Positions 36,530 to 44,004 of a DNA stretch of 64,000 bases are shown in pieces. The DNA comes from a virus: IMG/VR virus record IMGVR_UViG_3300037840_000333, positions 23,121-87,120 of that record, one strand, 5' to 3'. The position numbers were made by a program, and so were the translations under genes. Position 1 is the stretch's first letter. Each line of letters starts with the position of its first letter. The notes beneath the pieces were generated by a model, which saw only the letters and a list, made by a program, of their open reading frames with translations, was not told the origin of the DNA and ran no database searches.

Positions 36530-36738
36530 GGGCCCTCACCGTAGCCCCGGCCTCCGTGGCGGTGCACGATGCCGCCGAGGAGCCACGACACCACGCTCAG
36601 CCCGGCGACGGTGAGGACGTAGGCGATGCAGGCCCAGCCGAGGATGCCGGTCGGGGTGTCGGTTAGCTCCTCCACGGCGAGGTAGACGGCCGCAGCGAAG
36701 AAGACGGCGACGAGGAACGTCGGCCACCGCTCCCTCAT
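36526..36738 (-). CDS. Small 2-TM protein (holin candidate)
   Basis: 70 aa, 2 TM, coupled to the lysin. Confidence 0.5.
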   Translation of the reverse strand: MRERWPTFLVAVFFAAAVYLAVEELTDTPTGILGWACIAYVLTVAGLSVVSWLLGGIVHRHGGRGYGEGP

Positions 36739-37016
36739 AGCTTGGTCGCCCGGCCCTTGAACGCCACGGCGCGCACCGCGGTGTGCTTCTTGCTGCTCGT
36801 GGCGCTCCGCTTCGGGCCGACGGTTTTGGCGTGGTGCACGGTCAGGTGCTTTGCCTTGGCCTTCACCGGCGCCTTCACCTTTTTCGGCTTCGGGGGTGCT
36901 TTCGGCTTCTTCGGTTTGGGCGGCGCCTTCGGCTTCGGGGGTTTCTTCGGCTTCGGCGCCTTCTTCGGCGCCTTCGGGGCCTTGGCCCTCGTGCTCCTCG
37001 TGCTGTGCTTGCTCAT
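36735..37016 (-). CDS. Lys/Pro/Ala-rich histone-H1-like basic protein
   Basis: KAPKAPKKAPKPKKPPKPKAPPKPKK; no acidic residues; ATGA overlaps on both sides. Confidence 0.65.
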   Translation of the reverse strand: MSKHSTRSTRAKAPKAPKKAPKPKKPPKPKAPPKPKKPKAPPKPKKVKAPVKAKAKHLTVHHAKTVGPKRSATSSKKHTAVRAVAFKGRATKL

Positions 37017-37318
37017 CGCTCCGCCGGCGGGTCGAGCGCCCTTAGCGGGCTCCCGCAGCCGCAGCCGTGGGCCCGCTCGACGTGGATCATCCCGGTCTCC
37101 GTCTCGATGGTGAACGGGCCGCCCTGGGTGCCGCGGTGGGCCTCGGGCCTCGGGCCGGTTATCGGCTCGTCCACTAACAGCTCGGGCGTGCCGGCGCCGT
37201 TCACGGTCCACACCCGCACCCGCTGGTCGGTCACGAACACCCGGCTCACGTGGGCGTGCGGACTGTGCTCGGGGGCGAAGACCTCGCTCGGGAACTCGTC
37301 GCGCAGCAGGCGCTCCAT
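37013..37318 (-). CDS. Hypothetical protein with GCGCGSPL motif
   Basis: RVFVTD, GCGCGSPL; TGATG coupling. Confidence 0.6.
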   Translation of the reverse strand: MERLLRDEFPSEVFAPEHSPHAHVSRVFVTDQRVRVWTVNGAGTPELLVDEPITGPRPEAHRGTQGGPFTIETETGMIHVERAHGCGCGSPLRALDPPAER

Positions 37319-37662
37319 CAGAACGGGGGCGCCTTCACGCCGAACTGACGGTTCATCGTGGCCTGGCAGGTCGGGGTCGGGGTGCCGTCCGGGTCGCCGA
37401 TGATCTTCACGGTGCAGACGTTGCCGCCTCCGCCGGGCCGGCCGCCCTTGCCGCTCGTGTCGTAGGTGCATCGGTACTGGCCCGTGCCGGTCCGGGTCAC
37501 CGCTGCATCGACGCCGTATGTCAGCGTCGTCGGCGTCACCTGGCCGAAGAACTGGCTCTCAAACTCGACCACGCTCGGGTCCACATTCGTGCCGGCCTCG
37601 TTCTGGAAGCCCTGGGGCGCCGTGTCCACGATCACGAGCTCGCCGTCGTCGTACCAGTTCAC
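37318..37662 (-). CDS. Small Ig-like virion protein
   Basis: VDPSVV..TYGVDAAVTRTGTGQY. Confidence 0.55.
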   Translation of the reverse strand: MNWYDDGELVIVDTAPQGFQNEAGTNVDPSVVEFESQFFGQVTPTTLTYGVDAAVTRTGTGQYRCTYDTSGKGGRPGGGGNVCTVKIIGDPDGTPTPTCQATMNRQFGVKAPPF

Positions 37663-38543
37663 GCGTGGTCTCCGATCAGGGTCGTGTCGGCCGGGTGGTC
37701 GCTGGCCGTCACGCTATCGGCCGCATGGTCGCTGAGGGTGACACGGAACGCTGGGTGGTCGCTCAGGGTCACGGTGCCGTTGATCGGCCGGGTGATGGTG
37801 AACGCCTCGACGCCGCTCCCGGTCTCGATCAGCACCACGGCGACGCCGGTGGCCGCGTTGTCGCTCCCCTGGCCGGTGTCGGTCATCAGGATCGTGATGC
37901 CGACAGTCAGCTCGTCGTCGCCGGCGCCGGTGTCGCTGACGATCACCGCCTCGCCGGTGGTGATGGCGTCGTTCCCGGTCCCGGTGTCGCTGTCGCTCAG
38001 GGATATGGCTGGGAGCCCGTCTGCGCCGGCTCCTGTCTCGCTGAGCCCTATCCCGACGCCCGGAAGGGTGTCTGTGCCGGAACCCGTGTCCGAGGCGCTG
38101 AGGGCAATCTGAGCGGCCGTGTCCGCGCCACTCCCGGTGTCGCTCGTGCTGAGGCTGATGCCGGGCAGGGTGTCGCTGCCGGTGCCGGTATCGGTGGCTG
38201 TCAGAGCCGCCGTGAGGGCCGCGCTTTCGCTGCCCGTCCCGGCCTCGGTGGCGGTCAGGGCAATCCCGGTCACGGTGTCGGCTCCGCTGCCCGTGTCGGC
38301 AAAGGTGATGGCGATGCCTTCCGTCAGCAGGTCCGCTCCCGATCCCGTGTCGCTCGTGCTGAGCGCCACGCCGGTCACGGTGTCCGCTCCGCTCCCGGTG
38401 TCGCTCGCCGTGAGGGCGATGGCCGTCAGGGAGTCCGTACCGCTGCCCGTGTCGCTGAGGCTCACCGGGACGTTCTGTGTCCCGAGCCCGCGGATCGTCA
38501 GCCCTCGCAGCTTGACGCCGCGGAGCCCGGAGTAGACCGCCAT
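37659..38543 (-). CDS. DTGSGxD-repeat fibre protein
   Basis: Start MAVYSGLRGVK; 13 repeats of 17-18 aa, then 4 SDH/GDH 10-mers. Confidence 0.75.
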   Translation of the reverse strand: MAVYSGLRGVKLRGLTIRGLGTQNVPVSLSDTGSGTDSLTAIALTASDTGSGADTVTGVALSTSDTGSGADLLTEGIAITFADTGSGADTVTGIALTATEAGTGSESAALTAALTATDTGTGSDTLPGISLSTSDTGSGADTAAQIALSASDTGSGTDTLPGVGIGLSETGAGADGLPAISLSDSDTGTGNDAITTGEAVIVSDTGAGDDELTVGITILMTDTGQGSDNAATGVAVVLIETGSGVEAFTITRPINGTVTLSDHPAFRVTLSDHAADSVTASDHPADTTLIGDHA

Positions 38544-39874
38544 CAGTGCAGGCCGATCCCGGGGGCGCTCCGGGCCGCCGATACCGTCAGGTCGTCTCCG
38601 CCGCTGGCTCCGCCCACGCTCCCGGTCAACACGCCCGCCGGCGTCCCGAGGTAGAGCTGGTGGCAGCCGACGCCGACCATGTCGCTGTTCACCTGGGTCC
38701 ACCCGGCCCCGGGCACGTACAGCCGGGGGAACACGGCGCCGAAGCTGAAGAACCCGATATCGCCGGCCAGCACCGCCTTGGCCGTCGCCACGCTGCCGGT
38801 GTTGGCGAACACGACGGCGCCCTGGCTGTCGAGGGTCAGCGCCGGCGGGCAGCCGGCCAGCTCGAGGAGCAGGCACGCCGGCGTGCCGATGGGGACCTCC
38901 CACGTGGCGGTCAGCGTGGTCGTCCCGCCCTTGCAGCCGTTGACCACCCACACGGACCAGTCGAGCCCGCCATTGTTGTCGATGCCCTGGTCGGCAATCT
39001 TGCGCCAGACGTTCCCGGCGGTGTCGGTGACGGCGCTCACCTTGGCGCCGGTGATGATCGGGCTGTTCGACCCTTCGTAGTTCGCCCCGGTCACGAAGGC
39101 GACGAGGGTGTTGCCGGCCGTCGGGTTCACCGGGTAGCCGATGAGGGCGTTGCTGAGGGCCTGGCCCGTCTGGATCGGGGGCTCGTAGTAAGCGCTCTGC
39201 AGGACGTGGGGGCTCGTGGCGGCCACGCCGGTCTGGCGGAAGGCGGCGACGATGGCGGCGTTGTGGGTGGCGCCCGTGAGGGAGGTCCAGGCCGCCGTCT
39301 GCACGCCGGTCGAGGCGCCGCTGTCAACCTCCGCCACCCATAGGTGCTGGGTCGTGTCGGCTATGCGGGAGGTCCAGCCGCTCGGGACGGTGGCCGCCGA
39401 CTGGTCGCCCACCAGGGCCGAGAGCACGAGGTCGTGGGTCGCCGTCGTGGCGTAGTTCGTCGCCACGCTCAGGCTGGTGGTCGAGCCGTTCGTGGTGCCC
39501 ATGGCGTCGGTCAGCTCGTAGCCCGAGCCGCCGCTGTACTCCATGATCGCCATGTTCATGCCGCTGATGGCGTTGAGCGGGAACCCGTTGAGGCTGGCCG
39601 TCACCGTCGGCTGGTTACCTCCGCCGGCGCTCTCGCAGCACCACATATCCAGACCCCGGCTGGTGCCGTCGATGACCTCGGTCACCTGGCGCCACTTGTT
39701 GCCATGATTGTCGGTCACCTGGCCTACGGTCGGCGGGATGGATGCGCCGGTCCGGCTGATAATCGCCACCAGCAGGTTGCCGGCGCCGACGTTGCTGGCA
39801 TAGGTGGCGCTGATGGTCGTCCCGCTGGTCACTCGGGTGCCCTCGGCCGCGGCCTGGGCCTGGGCGTAGCTCAT
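38543..39874 (-). CDS. Two-domain beta-rich virion protein
   Basis: Internal duplication (AGNLLVA..VTDNHGNKW / AGNTLVA..VTDTAGNVW). Confidence 0.7.
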   Translation of the reverse strand: MSYAQAQAAAEGTRVTSGTTISATYASNVGAGNLLVAIISRTGASIPPTVGQVTDNHGNKWRQVTEVIDGTSRGLDMWCCESAGGGNQPTVTASLNGFPLNAISGMNMAIMEYSGGSGYELTDAMGTTNGSTTSLSVATNYATTATHDLVLSALVGDQSAATVPSGWTSRIADTTQHLWVAEVDSGASTGVQTAAWTSLTGATHNAAIVAAFRQTGVAATSPHVLQSAYYEPPIQTGQALSNALIGYPVNPTAGNTLVAFVTGANYEGSNSPIITGAKVSAVTDTAGNVWRKIADQGIDNNGGLDWSVWVVNGCKGGTTTLTATWEVPIGTPACLLLELAGCPPALTLDSQGAVVFANTGSVATAKAVLAGDIGFFSFGAVFPRLYVPGAGWTQVNSDMVGVGCHQLYLGTPAGVLTGSVGGASGGDDLTVSAARSAPGIGLH

Positions 39875-40356
39875 CGGCTGACCTGCAACAGGGCGAGCGT
39901 GTGCGGCGTCGCCAGGCGCACGCACTCCCAGCCGGGCGGGTCCTCCCCGAGCAGGCTGGCGGCGTCGTGCACCGCCACCACGGCGCCTGGCCCGAGGAAC
40001 GGCTTGATCCAGTCCAGCTCCCGCCGGCGCTGGCCCGAGATGTCGGAATCGAGGAAGGCCAGCCCCACCGGGTGGGTCGGCGTGAATCGGGTGGACGGAC
40101 AGTGGTGGACGTGCACGGGCAGCCCGATCACCGCCTCCTCGGTCAGCTCGCAGGCGCGCTCGTCGGTGTCGAAGGTGTCGAGGCGCCCGCCGTGCTCGGC
40201 CAGCGCCCGGCCAAGCGTCTTCGCCGTGCCGCCGTGGAAGCTGCCGGTCTCGATGACGAAGCTGGGCCGCAGCGCCCGCACGAGGGCATCGAGCAGCCGG
40301 TGGACCTCGGGCTCCGCCTCAAACGCCGCAGCGCAGGCGGGGTCGTGGCTGAACAC
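39871..40356 (-). CDS. Class I SAM methyltransferase (Methyltransf_24-like)
   Basis: VIETGSFHGGT, TFD, AFLDS, LGPGAVVAVHD. Confidence 0.8.
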   Translation of the reverse strand: MFSHDPACAAAFEAEPEVHRLLDALVRALRPSFVIETGSFHGGTAKTLGRALAEHGGRLDTFDTDERACELTEEAVIGLPVHVHHCPSTRFTPTHPVGLAFLDSDISGQRRRELDWIKPFLGPGAVVAVHDAASLLGEDPPGWECVRLATPHTLALLQVSR

Positions 40357-40361
40357 GGGGG

Positions 40362-42638
40362 TCAGACCAGCTCGACGCCCATAAGGCAGTTGACGTAGGC
40401 CGAGCCAATCGTCAGCGTGCCGGCCGCGCTCTGCTGGACCTCGACGGTGGCGACGTAGGTGCCGGGCGCCAGGGATGCCACGCCCTCGGGGTGCATCGGC
40501 TGGCCGTCGCCCGCCACCGCGGCGATCTTCTTGTAGACCGACACGCCGACGGGGGTGCCGTTCAGCACTACCTCCGCCGTCACCGAGGTTCCGGCCGTGG
40601 CGTTCGACGTGTCGATGTAGGAGATGTGTGCCCAGCACTTGACTCGCCGGGTCGGGCCCGGGGGGACGACGAACTGGCACGTCAGGGTGGGCATCGGGAC
40701 GGCGTTCGTGCCGGTCGTCGTCTGCGCCGAGCCGAGGACGCGGTAGCCGATGAGCCCTGGCCTCGGGGTCGTCGGGAAGATGATGTTGCCGAGCCCGTCG
40801 CTCACCGTGTTCAGCGTCACCTGGGCCACGGCGCCGCCGGTCGCCACGTTGCCGCTGCCGACGAGGACGGTGACGCCGGTCAGTGTGGTCGTCCCTCCTC
40901 CGCCGGTGTAGCTGATCAGCGCGCCGAAGTTGCCGCCCGTCCCGATGGTCGTGTCCACGGTCGCCAGGCCGGCCGGGGCAAGGCTGTTCGCCGCCACGGA
41001 GAGCTGGTTGCTGGTGAGCCCGGTAATCGACTGGCCGTTCGATCCGGCCGCAACCGTGGTGGTCGCCAAGCTGGCGCCGTTCGTCGGGGGGCTGGCGATG
41101 CCTTGGTTCACGCCGGCGATGGAGCTGGCGCCGACGGTCATGATGGCGAGCCGGATGGTGTTCAGGGCGTTGCCGCTGCTCGCCAGCGCCGGGCTCTGCG
41201 CGTTGTTCGCCACGCTAGAGAAACTGCTTTTGGCCGTGCCGTCGCCGTTGTCCTGCAGGTCATGGTAGGTGTCATCGTTGGCGGTGAACTTTTGCCCGAG
41301 CACGACGGCCGCGCCGCTGGCGACGGTGTCGGTGCCGGTCCGGCTGTAGGTGCAGCCGGTCAGGGTGCTGCCGCTCACGCCGGTCCACGTCACGGTCCCG
41401 GTGCCGCCGCTGCTCACGATGGTCCCGGTGCCGCTCGTCGGGACGTTCGCCACGCTCGCCACCGGCAGGGTCCCGAGGGCCGAGAGGGCGGTGCCGTTCG
41501 TCCCGTTGAAGGTGGTCGTGACTCCGACGGCCGCCACCGTCAGCAGGATGCCGTTGATCATCACCGTGCCGGCGGTGAGCTGGGCGCCGAGGCTCGATGC
41601 GATGGCCGTCCACACGCAGCCGGTCACCACGAACGGCATCGCTCCGCCGGCGGTCTGGCCGACGGTCGCCGCCTGGCCGGCCGTAATGGCCTGCAGCAGG
41701 TTCGTGAAGTTGAATCCGCCCATCGACACCGGGGCCGCCGCCGCGCCGAGCTGGTCGAGGGTGATGTCGGTCGCCGGGCTGTAGCCGGTCAGCACCCGCA
41801 CGTTCGACCCGTCGCCCTGGAACGCGTAGCTCTGCCACTGGCCGGTGATGCTGAAGGTGCTGGCGCCGTTGATGGTGCCGGCGCTCGGGGCCACCACGAC
41901 GGCGTTCGTGCTGCTGTCTGTCTTGATGACGTAGGTCAGGGCGCCGGCTGCGTTGCTCACGGTGATCGGCGTCCCGCCGGCGATGCCGCCGGCCGCGTTG
42001 TTGGCCTGCACGACCTCGCCGCTGTTGGCGGTGTAGGCGCCCGTCTTGGTGACGGAGCTGAACCCTCCCGCCGGGCTCGGGGGGTTCGTCTTGTCCACCA
42101 GGTTCCCGCTGGTCGGGGTGACGATGGTGGTCGTCGTCCCGGTGAGGGCCGTCGTGTTGAAGGCGACGTAGCACTCGCTCAGCACCACGTCGGTCGTGTA
42201 GTTGACGCTGGTGCTGCTGGTGCTCGTGCTCCAGTTCATCGGGCCCTTCATGGGCGCCAGGCACGTCGTGATCGGCGTGTTCCGGGTCCACGCTCCGGTG
42301 AGCCCGGTCGGGATGGTGCCGGCGATCACCGTGGCGGTCACCGAGCCGCCCGACAGGCGCAGGATGATGGTGTCCCGGCGGTCGCCGGCGCCGGCCGCGG
42401 TCACGGTCAGCGGCGTGCCGCCCGTGCCGGCGTAGAGGTAGTAGTTGCCGAGGATCTTGACCACGCCCGAGCTGATGGCGACCTTCATGTCGCTGCCGGT
42501 GTCCTGGGTCACCAGGCACCCGCTCACGACGCCGGTTCCGAGGTCCGGGGCGACGCCGACGTAGAGGTCCACTTCGTCCTCGACGGTCATCCCGTCGAAG
42601 GTCGGGGCGTCCTGCAGGGCAGGCATGACGGCAGCCAT
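40362..42638 (-). CDS. Large Gly/Thr-rich fibre-like protein
   Basis: GVVSGCLVT..MKVAISSG..RRDTI anchor-type N-terminus; multiple beta modules. Confidence 0.7.
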   Translation of the reverse strand: MAAVMPALQDAPTFDGMTVEDEVDLYVGVAPDLGTGVVSGCLVTQDTGSDMKVAISSGVVKILGNYYLYAGTGGTPLTVTAAGAGDRRDTIILRLSGGSVTATVIAGTIPTGLTGAWTRNTPITTCLAPMKGPMNWSTSTSSTSVNYTTDVVLSECYVAFNTTALTGTTTTIVTPTSGNLVDKTNPPSPAGGFSSVTKTGAYTANSGEVVQANNAAGGIAGGTPITVSNAAGALTYVIKTDSSTNAVVVAPSAGTINGASTFSITGQWQSYAFQGDGSNVRVLTGYSPATDITLDQLGAAAAPVSMGGFNFTNLLQAITAGQAATVGQTAGGAMPFVVTGCVWTAIASSLGAQLTAGTVMINGILLTVAAVGVTTTFNGTNGTALSALGTLPVASVANVPTSGTGTIVSSGGTGTVTWTGVSGSTLTGCTYSRTGTDTVASGAAVVLGQKFTANDDTYHDLQDNGDGTAKSSFSSVANNAQSPALASSGNALNTIRLAIMTVGASSIAGVNQGIASPPTNGASLATTTVAAGSNGQSITGLTSNQLSVAANSLAPAGLATVDTTIGTGGNFGALISYTGGGGTTTLTGVTVLVGSGNVATGGAVAQVTLNTVSDGLGNIIFPTTPRPGLIGYRVLGSAQTTTGTNAVPMPTLTCQFVVPPGPTRRVKCWAHISYIDTSNATAGTSVTAEVVLNGTPVGVSVYKKIAAVAGDGQPMHPEGVASLAPGTYVATVEVQQSAAGTLTIGSAYVNCLMGVELV

Positions 42639-42642
42639 GCCG

Positions 42643-42873
42643 CTAACTCACCGTGTCGGTGCCGCTCCCCGCGTCGTCCATCGCCACCTGCTCCTCGGTG
42701 GCCGGGGCGGCGTGGGGGTTGTCGGCGATGTTCTTGTGGCCGCAGGGGGGCTCAAACACGACGGACTCAAAGCTCGCCGGGACGCTGATCGTGCCCTCGG
42801 CGCCGCACTCGCCGCAGGTGACCGCGACGGTGACGTACTCCCCCTCGGGGCCGCTCACGCCGGTCAGGCTCAT
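42643..42873 (-). CDS. Small Zn-binding protein ending in one DxGSGTD repeat
   Basis: CGECG..PPCGH; MDDAGSGTDTVS. Confidence 0.55.
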   Translation of the reverse strand: MSLTGVSGPEGEYVTVAVTCGECGAEGTISVPASFESVVFEPPCGHKNIADNPHAAPATEEQVAMDDAGSGTDTVS

Positions 42874-42874
42874 C

Positions 42875-43438
42875 TCAGCTCTCCGTGATCGTGGCCGTGG
42901 CCGTCCAGGCGCTGGCGCTCGTCTTGGTCCCGAGGGCCACGCCCTTGTGATTCAACAGGCCGCTGGCTGCGCCGCCGCTGCTGGCGCCGCCGTTGTCGAT
43001 GCCCCACTCGTTCCAGGCGAAGTTGGCGTTCCCGCTGGCGAACACGGAGATGAACGTGACCGTCTGCGCCGATACCGTCGGGCTCCCGCCCTGGGTGGCT
43101 TGGTTGTAGCGGTTGCTCGTCGCCACGAGGGTCGTGTCGGTGGCCGCCACCGTCGGTACCGTGCCGCCTCCGTCGCCCACGCAGATCCGGGCGTTGCCGT
43201 TCGCGTAGCTGGTCCCGCCGGCGGCGATGAGCAGGTTCAGCATCGTCGTGATGCCGCCGTTCAACATCAGGTTCCGCTCGGCCTCGACGGAGTCGTAGGG
43301 GTCGATGCCGGCCGCCCGTATGTCGGCCAGGGTGGCGATGCTCAGGCCGGCGTGCTCCGCCTCGGCTAGCTCCTCCGCCCGGAACTTGTCTACTCGCAGC
43401 ACCGTGAACAGTCCGAATCGGTCGAGCGCCGTGGTCAT
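42875..43438 (-). CDS. Virion fibre-anchor-like protein
   Basis: NLMLNGG, NARICVGD, ANFAWNEWG, LGTKTS; leaderless TACACT. Confidence 0.65.
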   Translation of the reverse strand: MTTALDRFGLFTVLRVDKFRAEELAEAEHAGLSIATLADIRAAGIDPYDSVEAERNLMLNGGITTMLNLLIAAGGTSYANGNARICVGDGGGTVPTVAATDTTLVATSNRYNQATQGGSPTVSAQTVTFISVFASGNANFAWNEWGIDNGGASSGGAASGLLNHKGVALGTKTSASAWTATATITES

Positions 43439-43476
43439 GCTGGGAGTGTAGGCGATGGCCTGGGCCGGGTGGCGGT

Positions 43477-43998
43477 TCATGGCAGGGCGAGCTGCGGCGC
43501 GCTAGAGAGGTCCTGCCAGGGGATGCTCTTGCTGAGCCGCACGCCGTAGGTCACGGGCTCGATGGTGCCCAGGTGCTCCTCCACGATGTAGAAGGTGTTG
43601 ACCGGGATGGTGGCCAGGTCGTCGTTCGCCATCAGGTGGGTCACCAGCACGCCGGCGCCGCTCAGCTCGACCTGGACCGGGGTGGCGGCGACCTCCTGGC
43701 CGGGCTGGCGCATGGCGGCCGTGAGCGTGAAGATCACCGTTCCCTCGGCCGGCCGGCCGTTCGGCGTCTGATAGAGGGCCGTGACGAGGATCGAGGTGTA
43801 GCCAATGGCCGCCTCGCTCACCACGGTCATCGCATCGGCGCCGCTGCCCGTGTCGGTGTCGGCGAGGGCGATGGCCAAGAAGGTGTCAGTCCCGCTCCCG
43901 GCTTGGGTCAGGCTGACCGCTCCGGGGCCGCTCGTGCCGAGTCCGCGGACGGTCAGCCCTCGGGCCTTGACGCCTCGGATGCCGGACAGGACAGCCAT
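43477..43998 (-). CDS. Chimeric adaptor: RGVK/RGLT tag + 2 repeats + ANDD domain
   Basis: N-terminus matches 38543; C-terminus matches the N-terminus of 46923. Confidence 0.7.
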   Translation of the reverse strand: MAVLSGIRGVKARGLTVRGLGTSGPGAVSLTQAGSGTDTFLAIALADTDTGSGADAMTVVSEAAIGYTSILVTALYQTPNGRPAEGTVIFTLTAAMRQPGQEVAATPVQVELSGAGVLVTHLMANDDLATIPVNTFYIVEEHLGTIEPVTYGVRLSKSIPWQDLSSAPQLALP

Positions 43999-44004
43999 GG
44001 GGGC

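Noticed and set aside
37780-38470. 51-54 nt periodic repeats as a CRISPR or mini-array
   Set aside because: They are in-frame degenerate coding repeats (DTGSGxD), and no cas genes are present
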